Of a DNA stretch of 64,000 nt, positions 30,096 through 40,038 are shown in pieces. The notes beneath the pieces were generated by a model. It was not told the origin of the DNA. It made no database searches and saw nothing but the letters and a program-made list of their open reading frames with translations. The stretch comes from Candidatus Kaiserbacteria bacterium (lineage in GTDB: Bacteria > Patescibacteriota > Minisyncoccia > Phycocordibacterales > UBA918), in the NCBI GenBank assembly GCA_031430855.1, contig JANPCG010000013.1:26347-90346 (forward strand), written 5' to 3'. The translations under genes were made by a program, and so were the position numbers. The first letter of the stretch is position 1. Every line of letters starts with the position of its first letter.

Positions 30096-31913
30096 ATGTG
30101 CGGAATTTTTGGATACATTGGAAAAAAGAATGCTACTGAAGTTTTGATTAGTGGATTACGTCTCCTCGAGTATCGTGGGTATGATTCAGCTGGAATCTAT
30201 GTGGCGAGTGGTGGTATCGTCAAAGCAGTCGGTAAGGTTTCATCGCTTGAAGCAAAATTAGCGGAGAATCCGGTTGTTGGTTGTGCGGGGATTGCGCATA
30301 CGCGGTGGGCGACCCATGGAGTGCCATGTGAGGTAAATGCGCATCCTCACACTGAAGCGAGTGAGACGATTTTTCTTGTTCATAATGGCATTATTGAAAA
30401 TTGGCGACAACTCAAAGATGGTTTGGCGGTGCAAGGTATTACCATGGTGGGTGAGACTGATACTGAGGTTCTCACAAAACTGATTGGTAGTTTTTATACC
30501 GGTAACTTGAAACAAGCTGTCGTTGCTGCCCTAGCTCACGTACATGGCACCTATGGTATTGCCGTAATGAGTACTAAAAATCCAAAGGAAATCGTCGTGG
30601 CGCGGATGGGAAGTCCGATTGTTTTGGGTGTAGGTCAACATGAAATGTTTATTTCGTCTGATCCGTCTGCACTGCTTTCCCATACGAAAGAGGTGGTGTA
30701 TCTCGACGATGGTGAAATTGCTGTTGTAACGAATGCTGCCTATGTAGTCACTAGTATTGCTGGGGAATCTCGCCCGAAAGTGTCAGAGATGATGGATTGG
30801 GATGCGTCGGTCGTACAAAAAAATGGATACGCTCATTTTATGTTAAAGGAAATTCACGAAGCTGCAGAGGTGATAGAAAACACCACTCGGGGTCGTCTTT
30901 TAACTGAATCCGGAACAGTAAAGCTGGGCGGCCTCGAGTCAGTCCTCGGGCGGTTGTCGACGATTCGCCGACTCATGATTGTAGGCTGTGGTTCTGCCTA
31001 TTATTCCGGACTCATTGGTCGCTTAATGATAGAAGAGTATGCAGGCTTGCCGGTTGAGGTTGAGCTTGGTAGTGAGTATCGCTATAAACGAAATTTTGGT
31101 GACGTACACACCGCGGTCTTGGCGGTCACGCAATCGGGTGAGACCGCTGATACGTTGGCTTCTGTCCGTTTGGCTAAAGAACTAGGGCTGCTTTCCTTAG
31201 GAATCGTCAACACAGTAGGCTCTACGATATCTCGTGAGACGGATGCTGGCGTTCATAATCACGCCGGTCCAGAGATTGCGGTTGCTTCAACGAAGGCTTT
31301 TATTTCTCAGTTGACGGTGTTTGTGATGCTTACGGTATTTTTAGGTAGACAGCGCAATATGAGTGAGGCTCAGGCCCAGGAGATACTTGCTGCACTTGAA
31401 GCATTGCCACAGGTGCTTGAGGCGATGCTTTCCGACACTACGGCAATTGAGACGGTGGCAAAAAAATACGCATCTGCAAGGGACATTATGTACATCGGCC
31501 GCCAAATGCACGCACCGCTTGCATACGAAGGCTCACTTAAGGTAAAAGAGGTGTCATATATCCACGCTGAAGCGTATGCGGGTGGAGAATTGAAACATGG
31601 TTCGATTGCTATGTTAGGACCAGATTTTCCCGTGTTTGCCATTGCTCCCGAAGACGCGGTTTATGAGAAAATGCTCTCTAATATTGAGGAGGTGAAAGCG
31701 AGACGAGCTCCGGTGATTCTCTTGACTACTGAGGGTGCTCCAGGAGCACGTGAAGTCACGGATGATGTTATCTATGTTCCCAAAGTGCATCCGCTACTCC
31801 AACCAATAGTCACAATCATTCCGCTTCAATTGTTTGCTTACTATATCGGGGTGGCTCGCGGACTTGATGTCGATCAGCCGCGTAATTTAGCCAAGAGTGT
31901 TACGGTTGAGTAG
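30096..31913 (+). CDS. glmS: Glutamine--fructose-6-phosphate aminotransferase
   Basis: MCGIFG, LEYRGYDSAG, HTRWATHG, QSGETADT, PRNLAKSVTVE. Confidence 0.98.
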   Translation: MCGIFGYIGKKNATEVLISGLRLLEYRGYDSAGIYVASGGIVKAVGKVSSLEAKLAENPVVGCAGIAHTRWATHGVPCEVNAHPHTEASETIFLVHNGIIENWRQLKDGLAVQGITMVGETDTEVLTKLIGSFYTGNLKQAVVAALAHVHGTYGIAVMSTKNPKEIVVARMGSPIVLGVGQHEMFISSDPSALLSHTKEVVYLDDGEIAVVTNAAYVVTSIAGESRPKVSEMMDWDASVVQKNGYAHFMLKEIHEAAEVIENTTRGRLLTESGTVKLGGLESVLGRLSTIRRLMIVGCGSAYYSGLIGRLMIEEYAGLPVEVELGSEYRYKRNFGDVHTAVLAVTQSGETADTLASVRLAKELGLLSLGIVNTVGSTISRETDAGVHNHAGPEIAVASTKAFISQLTVFVMLTVFLGRQRNMSEAQAQEILAALEALPQVLEAMLSDTTAIETVAKKYASARDIMYIGRQMHAPLAYEGSLKVKEVSYIHAEAYAGGELKHGSIAMLGPDFPVFAIAPEDAVYEKMLSNIEEVKARRAPVILLTTEGAPGAREVTDDVIYVPKVHPLLQPIVTIIPLQLFAYYIGVARGLDVDQPRNLAKSVTVE

Positions 31914-31957
31914 GGAGAAAGAAGAGTGATATAATCGTAACGTAATAAAATTTTAGT

Positions 31958-32455
31958 ATGTTAAAAATTAGACGAAAAGCACCGACCTTTACCTTGTTAG
32001 ACCAAGATGCTGAAACCCGAAAATTAAAAGAGTATCTCGGGAAGTGGATGGTGATATATTTCTACCCAAAAGATGACACGCCAGGCTGTACCAAAGAGGC
32101 GTGTATGATTACCGAAGTCTACAAAGATTTTAAAAAGCTCGGGGTGGCAGTCGTTGGGGTGAGTAAAGATACACCCAGGTCACACAAAAAGTTTGCTGAG
32201 AAATACAGTTTACCGTTTACCTTGCTCTCTGATCCGACCATGGAAATGATGGTCAAATATGGCGCCGTCGTAGAAAAGAAAATGTATGGCAAAACCGTCC
32301 GAGGTACCAATCGCATCACATACCTCATTTCACCAGACGGAAAAATTGCAAACGTGTATCCCAATGTTGATCCGGCCGGACATGCGCTCGAACTTTTGAC
32401 CGATATAAAACGCATGCAAAAGGAAGCTAAGAAGGCAGCCAAGGCAGTAGTGTAG
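31958..32455 (+). CDS. bcp: Peroxiredoxin Bcp
   Basis: YFYPKDDTPGCTKEAC motif. Confidence 0.92.
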   Translation: MLKIRRKAPTFTLLDQDAETRKLKEYLGKWMVIYFYPKDDTPGCTKEACMITEVYKDFKKLGVAVVGVSKDTPRSHKKFAEKYSLPFTLLSDPTMEMMVKYGAVVEKKMYGKTVRGTNRITYLISPDGKIANVYPNVDPAGHALELLTDIKRMQKEAKKAAKAVV

Positions 32456-32565
32456 ATAACAAAAAGCGTTGACTTAGAATCAACGCTTTTTGTATAGGTA
32501 CAAGAATGCGAATCCAAAAATCGGTATAGAAATGGCCGCCTTGTGACGGGCGGCCGCACATCCTG

Positions 32566-33000
32566 TTAGGGTGTGGTAATCAGTTGTTGCCAACGTCGGT
32601 GACGGTGGTGGTAGAAATTTTGGGCAAAAAACCAAATCAGAAGCGTTTGCCATCCCGCTTCGATGTCGATTGTGTCTACGAGGCGACACTCTCCGGGGTA
32701 ATCTTCAAGTAATTGCATGGTGTGATTCCATTTTGTTACGGAACCACCTTTTTCATGGGTGACGATTTTGTGCTCGTCATCACTCCGCGAGATCACGGTA
32801 ACAAAATGATCTCCTTGGGGCTTTCCCCACAGTCGCGGCCGGAGGTTGATCGTTTTCCCGACTTCCCATTCGGTTGGGAGATCTATGGTGTCGTATGTCA
32901 TCACTCCTTCCGTCACAAACCGAAGGGTTTCGGTTTGTTTGAGCTTTTCCCAGACTGCTCCAATTGGAGCTTGCAGGGTTGAAGTTACGGTAACTCTCAT
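32566..33000 (-). CDS. SRPBCC/START-like hypothetical protein
   Basis: APIGAVW.., KWNHT, D.IDIEAG, FYHHRHRRW pattern. Confidence 0.55.
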   Translation of the reverse strand: MRVTVTSTLQAPIGAVWEKLKQTETLRFVTEGVMTYDTIDLPTEWEVGKTINLRPRLWGKPQGDHFVTVISRSDDEHKIVTHEKGGSVTKWNHTMQLLEDYPGECRLVDTIDIEAGWQTLLIWFFAQNFYHHRHRRWQQLITTP

Positions 33001-33212
33001 CGATGTTCTCCGGGATGGTTGATGCGCAGGGGATCCCTGTTCTCAATGTATCATAGCATAAAAGTCTTAATAAGACAACATCTTTATAAAAAAGCAATAG
33101 ACTTTGTAAAGTCATTGTCAGATAAAATGTATATACAAGGGAATAAAAAAAGGGCGCCACACGTGCGCCCTTTCGGTGCTTATGTGACGACCTAGGGTCG
33201 TGGCAGCCTGAT

Positions 33213-34061
33213 TCAGGCGGCCTTGGTTTCTTTGTCCGTCGACTCGCCGACTTCGGCTTCGTCGATTGGGTCAAGGATCTTGGCCGAGATGATCGTGCCG
33301 ATACCTTTCTGCTGCATCTTGAGCAGAACACGACGAGGGTCGCCGTCACCGTATGCGGCGATTGCTTGCCGCACTTCTTCTTCCACCTTGGCGCGAATGG
33401 GATCGTCCAGTGCAGCAAGGGTCGCGATCTGGTCGGCCGTCAGGTCGCCGGTATACGGCTCGGCGGACATTTCGGCTCGGCGCCCGCGTACCATCGACTG
33501 CAGCATTGCCATGAAGTCAGACGGTCCGTTTTCTTCGTCACCTGCAGCTGCGAGGACATCGAATTCGACGTCCGCGCCATCCTTGATAGCTGTGGTCTTG
33601 ATTCGGCTGGGGTCGTTGTTCGCCCGCGAGGCGATTAGCTTCCGTAACGCTTCTTCCACCTCGGTCTGAATGTCTTCATTCGCTTCGGCAAGGGTCGCGA
33701 TCTGGTCGGCCGTCAGGTCGCCTGCGTACGGTTCGACTTCTTTTTCGCGCAGCATCGCCCGCATCATGGTAGCGAACGGGCTGAGGTTCTTTTCCCGGTC
33801 TGGGGAGAAGGCATCCTCAAACAGCTGCTCCATAAAACCGCCGAGGTTCGGTCCCTTCGACGACTTTGGACGCTGGTCCGATTTGCCGTCGAGTTTGCCG
33901 GCCTTCTTGATCTTCTTCAGGCGTTTCTTAGCGCCTTTTTCGATCATGTGCGTGAACATGCTCTTTTGCGCTTCGCTGAGCGAATCAGAGAAGACTTTGG
34001 CGCAGATACATCCTTCGCCGCAGCCGATTCCAGCCGCTGCCATCATTTTGGTAAGGTTCAT
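33213..34061 (-). CDS. Hypothetical GC-rich protein with internal duplicated motif
   Basis: EPY(A/T)GDLTADQIATLA occurs twice; N-terminal CGEGCIC; GGAGG SD and TTGACA promoter. Confidence 0.65.
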   Translation of the reverse strand: MNLTKMMAAAGIGCGEGCICAKVFSDSLSEAQKSMFTHMIEKGAKKRLKKIKKAGKLDGKSDQRPKSSKGPNLGGFMEQLFEDAFSPDREKNLSPFATMMRAMLREKEVEPYAGDLTADQIATLAEANEDIQTEVEEALRKLIASRANNDPSRIKTTAIKDGADVEFDVLAAAGDEENGPSDFMAMLQSMVRGRRAEMSAEPYTGDLTADQIATLAALDDPIRAKVEEEVRQAIAAYGDGDPRRVLLKMQQKGIGTIISAKILDPIDEAEVGESTDKETKAA

Positions 34062-34230
34062 TTTGGTATATCCTCCGATGTTGGTACCAAGGGTAATAAA
34101 TTATCACATTATTGAAAAATGTCAAATGGGGGTGGGTGGCGTTTGGGTATTATTTGAGCGCGAAATTGAAGCCTTTTGCTCTGTGGTCATCACTCGAGTA
34201 CGAAACTGAAGCAGTTCAGAAAGCCCTCGT

Positions 34231-34664
34231 GGTCACGAATCACTAAGTATATTTGTTCACTGCGTTCCAAATCTACTAAGTGTTCTCGACCCGAGAAACA
34301 GTGTTTAGACACTGTTTCTCCGACGGTTTCTTTTTTCTATAAATGAAAAAGAAACATCGCTGCGGTTATCACAACGGCCCGCAAGTGACGCAGGTCACTT
34401 GCTAGATTAGAAAATACCCCAGCATTTGCTGGGGTATTTTCTAATCTGCCGTTGTGTTCCCACGGGTAATGATCCTGACGGTCACCAAGCTATATTTTTT
34501 CATTTCATTCAAAATCTAGCAGGTGCCGCGGGACACGCCTCATTCATAGCAAAGCTATATCATTCCGGCGTTTCGATTACCGCAAAAGACACGCAGATGT
34601 CTTTTTCGTGGGATCACGCAACAAAAACGGCATTCACAGATGTGAATGCTCGTTTTTGTACGCG
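34231..34664 (-). repeat. Stacked type A and A' composite elements after tRNA-Glu
   Basis: 61-nt hairpin 34231-34291; 25-nt inserts at 34379-34403 and 34582-34606; tRNA 3' duplicate 34458-34470; A' hairpin 34473-34541. Confidence 0.8.
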
Positions 34665-34736
34665 TGATCCCACGGGTAATCGAAACCCGATTTTCAGGAT
34701 GAAAACCTGATGTCCTAACCGTTAGACGATGGGACC
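34665..34736 (-). tRNA. tRNA-Glu(TTC)
   Basis: GGTCCCATCGTCTAACGGTTAGGAC...TT-TTC-AT...GTTTCGATTA. Confidence 0.93.
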
Positions 34737-34830
34737 CTAATTCCTAGGGTTTGTAACTTCATTCCTTAGGTGCGCACTATAATACCAAAAAAGTCAAAAA
34801 AAGCTAGTCATAAGGACAAGTTTTCTCTGT

Positions 34831-34954
34831 TGCGGAAGCGAGAGGATTCGAACATTACATGTTCGGTACACCTTTCGTATCGTACCCACTCCGTTCCGTG
34901 CGATGTACTTAAGGTCTTCAAATCCTCTTTTGAAACTGACGTTTCAAATTCCTG
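34831..34954 (-). repeat. Type B element with 23-bp duplication of the tRNA-Ser 3' end
   Basis: tgcggaagcgagaggattcgaac at 34831-34853 and 34953-34975; ATTACATGTTCGGTACA motif shared with 57300-57316. Confidence 0.8.
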
Positions 34955-35042
34955 CGGAAGCGAGAGGATTCGAACCTCCGAGGAGCTTTCACCCCTGCCG
35001 CTTTTCGAGAGCGGTACCTTCAGCCAGCTCAGACACGCTTCC
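34955..35042 (-). tRNA. tRNA-Ser(CGA)
   Basis: GGAAGCGTGTCTGAGCTGGCTGAAGG...CT-CGA-AA, long variable arm, GGTTCGAATCC. Confidence 0.93.
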
Positions 35043-35323
35043 AAGCGTATAGCTAACAAGTATAACATTGCGGGCAAATATTTCGGAATTTGGAGGCAGA
35101 TTTCACTAACAGTTATACAGCTATTTATATACCTAGTTTTACCCCTAGTTATCCTCTGGCTTTTCCCCATGATATACACAGGTACTATTAAAAATATGGG
35201 TTTTATACTTTATTGACGAGAGTTTCCTATGTGAGATGCTTATTGCAGGTTTGCATGGTGGTGATTTTCTCCATACTAAAACTCTTTTGGGTTGGGGCAT
35301 GCAAGCCAAATCTCTACGTTGTA

Positions 35324-35363
35324 CAAAAGCAAAACGCTTCCCTTGGGAAGCGTTTTGCTTTTT
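35324..35363. terminator. Bidirectional terminator downstream of the reductase gene
   Basis: aaaagcaaaacgcttccc-tt-gggaagcgttttgctttt. Confidence 0.7.
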
Positions 35364-35372
35364 ATGCTTAGA

Positions 35373-36296
35373 TTAATGGGCCATCAGCGTGACGTAGATA
35401 TCCTCTAGCGCCTTGACACCATCACCTGCGGAGATGTTGTTTTGGTGGTATTTAACATTAGTACAGTCACCGGCAGCCCATACTCCCGGAGTCGCGGTTT
35501 TTTGAGTCCAGGGATCAATTTCAATCCGACCGTAGGTATCAAGCGCTACCACGTCTTTAGCAAATGAGGTATTTGGAATCATGCCAATTTCAACAAAGAT
35601 TCCAGTGACTGGGAGGGTTTCAGTTGTCCCTTCAGCTGTGGTGTAGGTGAGTCCATTTACAAATTTTTCGGCTACTACAGCAGTTGGTTTAACATTTAAG
35701 AGGGCACGCATGTTAGGGTGAGCGAGAACTTTTTCGGTGGTGACCGCGTCAGCTTTAAAGGCAGGGCCTTTATGGAGTAGGGTAACAGATTTCGCGTAGG
35801 CAAGAAGTTGCGCGGCGGTTTCAAAACCGGCGTTACCGCCACCAATTACGGCGACGTCTTGTCCTGCAAAAATCGGACCGTCGCAGCTGGCGCAGTAGGT
35901 CACTCCTTTATGTTCAAAGGCATCAGCGCCGGGTACATCGAGACGACGGCGACTCGAACCGCTTGCAATCAAAATTGCTCGGGCAGTGTGAGTTTCACTG
36001 TTGTCTAGCGTGACCGTAAATGTCCCATCACTTTCTTTTAATAGGTGCTGCGCTGTGCGGCCAGCAGTAATCGTGACATATCCATCAGCGTAGGCTTCGA
36101 GGTGAGTTTTTAAATCGTTTGCGAGTTTGGTTCCGGCTATGGCAGGGGTTCCTATCCAGTTTTGGATTTCAACGGAGACTGTACTCTGTCCGCCCCAGTC
36201 AGTCGTGATAAAAAGAGTTTTAAGTCGTTTGCGCGCTGCGTATACTCCAGCTGAAATTCCGGCTGGTCCACCACCAATGATAATCAAATCGTACAT
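35373..36296 (-). CDS. trxB: Thioredoxin-disulfide reductase (TrxB/AhpF C-terminal-like)
   Basis: IIGGGPAG, GVTYCASCDG, VIGGGNAG, AAGDCT. Confidence 0.85.
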   Translation of the reverse strand: MYDLIIIGGGPAGISAGVYAARKRLKTLFITTDWGGQSTVSVEIQNWIGTPAIAGTKLANDLKTHLEAYADGYVTITAGRTAQHLLKESDGTFTVTLDNSETHTARAILIASGSSRRRLDVPGADAFEHKGVTYCASCDGPIFAGQDVAVIGGGNAGFETAAQLLAYAKSVTLLHKGPAFKADAVTTEKVLAHPNMRALLNVKPTAVVAEKFVNGLTYTTAEGTTETLPVTGIFVEIGMIPNTSFAKDVVALDTYGRIEIDPWTQKTATPGVWAAGDCTNVKYHQNNISAGDGVKALEDIYVTLMAH

Positions 36297-36410
36297 ACAA
36301 AAACTGAAATTGCTAAGTGAAGAGTAGTTTAGCATATTTTGATGAGAGGGATGTGGGAATAAGAAAACCAGCCGGGTGGGCTGGGTTTCTTGGTCTGAAG
36401 ATTTTTGGAA

Positions 36411-36715
36411 AGAAATACCGGCACCGGTCACAAGTTACTAACCATAATCATTCGCTACGCTCTGATTCTAGTAAGTACTTGCGACCCCGGCGGGCTGGTT
36501 CAGGGCATTAGTAATAGCCCTTCACATCGCTCCGCCTCGCCGTTCCGGCTTCTTGCTAGTCAAAACTTATTTAAGTTTTGATCGACGCAAGAAAGCCGGC
36601 ACCGGTCACGAGTCACTAATCATAATGGTTCGTTTCACTCCCCTTCTGATAAGTGCTCGCGACCCCGCCTTGCTGTCTCGGCTTCGCCTCGTATCGCTGC
36701 GGCCGGCAGTGCCTT
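36411..36715 (-). repeat. Two tandem type A elements after ftsZ, with a recoded duplicate of the FtsZ C-terminus
   Basis: 61-nt hairpins 36426-36486 and 36604-36664; [11 protein letters not shown] re-encoded at 36567-36602. Confidence 0.85.
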
Positions 36716-37954
36716 TTATTTCAGCTTGCTTCGCCGCAGAAATGCAGGTACTGCCCCCCAATCGTCCTCTTCCTCATCAATTGGGTCAACGGGCTTTGGG
36801 TCGCGACGGGGAAGCTCTGGCTTTGGTTCCATAGTCTCTACTCGAGCAATTGGCGTCTGTGCCTCTTCGACGTCACGTCGTGGATTGGTGAGTGAATTGA
36901 AAATTCGTCCCCGGGTATCAGGAGCCTTCTCTTCTACTTCAGGTTCCATTGGTGCTGCCATCGGAGCTCGCCTCGAGATGGCATGATTGTGAGCCATTTC
37001 TTCCGGGAAGCCGGTAGCAATAACGGTCACCTTGATTTCATTTTTCTTAAGCTTCTCGTCTTTAATAGCTCCAAAGATTACGCGTGCTTGTGGGTCAATT
37101 GATTCAGTAATTACGCGTGCTGCATCTTGAATCTCGAGCATTCCGAGATCGTCACCACCAGCAATCGCAAATAGGACGCCTTTCGCTCCGGTGATTGAGA
37201 CTTCAAGGAGGGGAGAGTTAATAGCTGATTGAGCCGCTTCTTCAGCGCGCTTCTCACCAGTGGAAACACCAACACCCATGAGGGCTGAACCGGCATTTTC
37301 CATAACTGAACGGATGTCGGCAAAGTCGACGTTAATGATACCAGGCATCGTGATGAGGTCAGAGATACCTTCCACCGCTTGTTTGAGGACGTTATCACAT
37401 TGTTGGAACGCATTTTGAACGGTGGTTTCTTTATCAACAATTGCAAGGAGGCGATCATTAGGAATGATGATGAGAGCATCAACTTCCTTTTTAAGTTCTT
37501 CAATACCCTGAAGAGCCAAACGCATTCGTTCTTGTCCTTCAAAGAGGAAAGGTTTAGTGACCACACCAACCGTCAAGGCACCACTCTCTCGTGCGATCTT
37601 TGCAATTACGGGAGCAGCTCCAGTTCCGGTTCCACCACCCATACCACAGGTGATGAAAATCATGTCAGAACCCTTGATGGCATTATTGATTTCTTCACGG
37701 GTTTCTTCGGCAGCACGACGTCCCATGTCGGGATTACCACCAGCTCCAAGACCACGGGTAAGGTTCTTACCAATGTGGATTTTTTTCTTGGCGAGCGAGT
37801 GGTGAAGGTCTTGCGCATCACTGTTAATGGCAATAAATTCTACTCCTTTCACTTTAGCGCCCACCATGTAGTTCACGGCATTGTTGCCTGAACCCCCGGC
37901 TCCTACGACTCGGATTCGTGCAAAAGATTCAACGTCTGATTTTATTTGTTCCAT
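36716..37954 (-). CDS. ftsZ: Cell division protein FtsZ
   Basis: [10 protein letters not shown] tubulin signature, INVDFAD, C-terminal VPAFLRR. Confidence 0.99.
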   Translation of the reverse strand: MEQIKSDVESFARIRVVGAGGSGNNAVNYMVGAKVKGVEFIAINSDAQDLHHSLAKKKIHIGKNLTRGLGAGGNPDMGRRAAEETREEINNAIKGSDMIFITCGMGGGTGTGAAPVIAKIARESGALTVGVVTKPFLFEGQERMRLALQGIEELKKEVDALIIIPNDRLLAIVDKETTVQNAFQQCDNVLKQAVEGISDLITMPGIINVDFADIRSVMENAGSALMGVGVSTGEKRAEEAAQSAINSPLLEVSITGAKGVLFAIAGGDDLGMLEIQDAARVITESIDPQARVIFGAIKDEKLKKNEIKVTVIATGFPEEMAHNHAISRRAPMAAPMEPEVEEKAPDTRGRIFNSLTNPRRDVEEAQTPIARVETMEPKPELPRRDPKPVDPIDEEEDDWGAVPAFLRRSKLK

Positions 37955-38095
37955 AAATAAATAGTGATAAAAAATGTAATACCTCCAGTCCTACAGCGTC
38001 GCGACTGTTAAGTAGTGGTATCATACAGTGAATTACTAGAGCTGTCACATATTGACAGCTCTCACTTGTGTGTGTTTGACGTATTTGTTAAAACG

Positions 38096-39265
38096 TTATG
38101 GAAGGAACTGACTGAGCCACTCCAGGACTGATTTCTTGGTTTGTTTGACGACGCCAATAGCTGTTGTGTCAGCGCCATCGCTCGCGCCAATCATACAGAG
38201 ACCGTAGGCAACCGCCCAGGAGGCATCGCGAACCTTGGTATTTTTGCCAACCTCAAGAGTTGCAATTCGGGCTGGTAAATTAAGACTGGTGCGTGCTAAT
38301 TCTTGGATTCCAAGAGTAGTTGATCCTCCGCCCGTTAAAATAATTCCAGCGGGCAAGAGACCATCCTTTTTAATTTTTTTGAGATGGATATCAATGAGTT
38401 CAAAGATGTCTCCCAGGCGAGCATTAATGATTTCCTCAAGCTTTTTCTTGGGGTAGTTCGTGGTGGTCATATTGCCTCGCTTGATTTTCTCTGCTTCCTC
38501 TAACGGAATCTTGAGGCCGAGGGCGATATCGTTCGTGATATCGTTTGAGCCAATTGGGAAGACCTTAAGTGAAATGGGTGTCATATCTTCAAATACCACC
38601 ACGGAGACGGTTTCGGCGCCGATGTTGGCCATGATGCAGCCGGCACGTCTTTGTGTCTTTGAGAGGATCACATAACTCGCTGCTAAGGGCGAAGCCATCA
38701 CATCCTCGACATAAACTCCTGTTCGTTCAACTGCGCCAATGAGGTCGTTTAAGTGTTGTTCAAAGGTGGTAATAAACAACGTATCAACTTCAAGTTTTGT
38801 GCCGCGCATGCCTTGAGGCTTACCCATTACTTCTTCACCGTCAACGCGGTAGCGCAGGGGAATAGCATGAATAATTTTTCGATTTGGAATATGGTCAATG
38901 ATTCGTTCCTCACTATCATTAGCTGCTTTTTCAATATCAATTTGGGTAATTTCGGAATCAGCGCGCGAGGTAATTACTTCACCGGTTGAGACAATCTCAT
39001 CGAGACCAATACTCCCGATAGAGAGGTAAGCCTTTTTAACTAATACACCCGCCGCCTTCTCTGCTTGAGCCACGGCACTCCTGATACTGCGAATGACGTC
39101 CGTCTCGTTGATGATGTAGCCATTACGGAGCCCGCGACTCTCGGCGTATCCGGTGCCAATTATTTGAGGGAGACCACGTTCATCTCGTAATTTTGCCACA
39201 CGAACAATCGCTACCTTTACTTGGTAGGTGCCGACGTCAATTCCGGTGATGATGTGTTCTGACAT
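38096..39265 (-). CDS. ftsA: Cell division protein FtsA
   Basis: GIDVGT, IG.ET, GSNDITNDIA, EAEKIK, LTGGGS; adjacent to ftsZ. Confidence 0.95.
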   Translation of the reverse strand: MSEHIITGIDVGTYQVKVAIVRVAKLRDERGLPQIIGTGYAESRGLRNGYIINETDVIRSIRSAVAQAEKAAGVLVKKAYLSIGSIGLDEIVSTGEVITSRADSEITQIDIEKAANDSEERIIDHIPNRKIIHAIPLRYRVDGEEVMGKPQGMRGTKLEVDTLFITTFEQHLNDLIGAVERTGVYVEDVMASPLAASYVILSKTQRRAGCIMANIGAETVSVVVFEDMTPISLKVFPIGSNDITNDIALGLKIPLEEAEKIKRGNMTTTNYPKKKLEEIINARLGDIFELIDIHLKKIKKDGLLPAGIILTGGGSTTLGIQELARTSLNLPARIATLEVGKNTKVRDASWAVAYGLCMIGASDGADTTAIGVVKQTKKSVLEWLSQFLP

Positions 39266-39283
39266 GGTGGTATTCGATGTATC

Positions 39284-39673
39284 TTATGTGACGTCATACT
39301 TATGTACAAACCGTTTTTCTAATCGTTCCATTTCGGGGCTGTGGTCATGGCCTTTAAGGTGCAAGAGACCATGAATATACAAAAACGCGATATATCCAGG
39401 TACCGAGAGGTTATATTCATGTGCCTCTTTAACTGCGATATTAGGGCAAATGACTATCTCACCAGTAGTTTCATCTAGTGGAAAAGAGAGGACGTTTGGA
39501 GTGTAGTCTTTTTTTCGATATGTCTGATTGAGTTTCTGGGCCCGGGTTGGTCCCACAAAGCTGAGAGAGAGGGTATAACGTTTACCTAGTATGTCATTTT
39601 TCATGGTCTCATAGGGCCAGGTGGGATAACTTTTAACGGTGTGAGATAAAGAAAAAGGTGGCATAGGGGACAT
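39284..39673 (-). CDS. ybeY: rRNA maturation RNase YbeY
   Basis: LNQTYR.KDY.PNVLSFP and HGLLHLKGHDH; start uncertain. Confidence 0.9.
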   Translation of the reverse strand: MSPMPPFSLSHTVKSYPTWPYETMKNDILGKRYTLSLSFVGPTRAQKLNQTYRKKDYTPNVLSFPLDETTGEIVICPNIAVKEAHEYNLSVPGYIAFLYIHGLLHLKGHDHSPEMERLEKRFVHKYDVT

Positions 39674-39747
39674 GCGTATAGTACGTAGTATGTCACGTTT
39701 TATGACATAAGATAACCCCACTGCTGTGAGTGGGGTTATCTATGAGG

Positions 39748-39996
39748 TTAGCGTCGTGTGCCGCGAGTTTGTTCTTGAACTTTACCGAGTTTGAGAAGCT
39801 TTTCGTATGTCTCTTTCTTGGCAATTTTCTTGAGTTTCGCAAATCGTTGGACGTTGCTACTCTTGACTCGTTCATGGTACCGACCATCTCGGACTTTACG
39901 GATAATACCTGCTCCCTGCACACGCTTCTGGAAGCGTCGCATTACGTTTGCGCTACTCTCGTTGTTATTTTTTACGACTTCTACGTTTATTGCCAT
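39748..39996 (-). CDS. rpsU: 30S ribosomal protein S21
   Basis: VVKNNNES...MRRFQKRVQ.AGII..VR...YHER; basic protein. Confidence 0.75.
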   Translation of the reverse strand: MAINVEVVKNNNESSANVMRRFQKRVQGAGIIRKVRDGRYHERVKSSNVQRFAKLKKIAKKETYEKLLKLGKVQEQTRGTRR

Positions 39997-40038
39997 ATGT
40001 GGGCAAGATAGTATCATTTCCGCTCAAAAAACGCAACA

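Noticed and set aside
32780-34209. Alternative-frame ORFs over the GC-rich orphan
   Set aside because: Shadow ORFs of GC-rich DNA; only 33213-34061 has an SD and promoter.
34231-34291. Integron attC sites for the 61-nt hairpins
   Set aside because: They lack RYYYAAC/GTTRRRY ends, do not flank gene cassettes, and no integrase is present.
34426-35216. ORFs spanning the tRNA-Glu/Ser region
   Set aside because: They overlap tRNAs and repeats; spurious.
36297-36431. N-terminal extension of the reductase in the ORF track
   Set aside because: The extension runs into repeat and terminator sequence; family homology starts at MYDLIIIGGG (36296).
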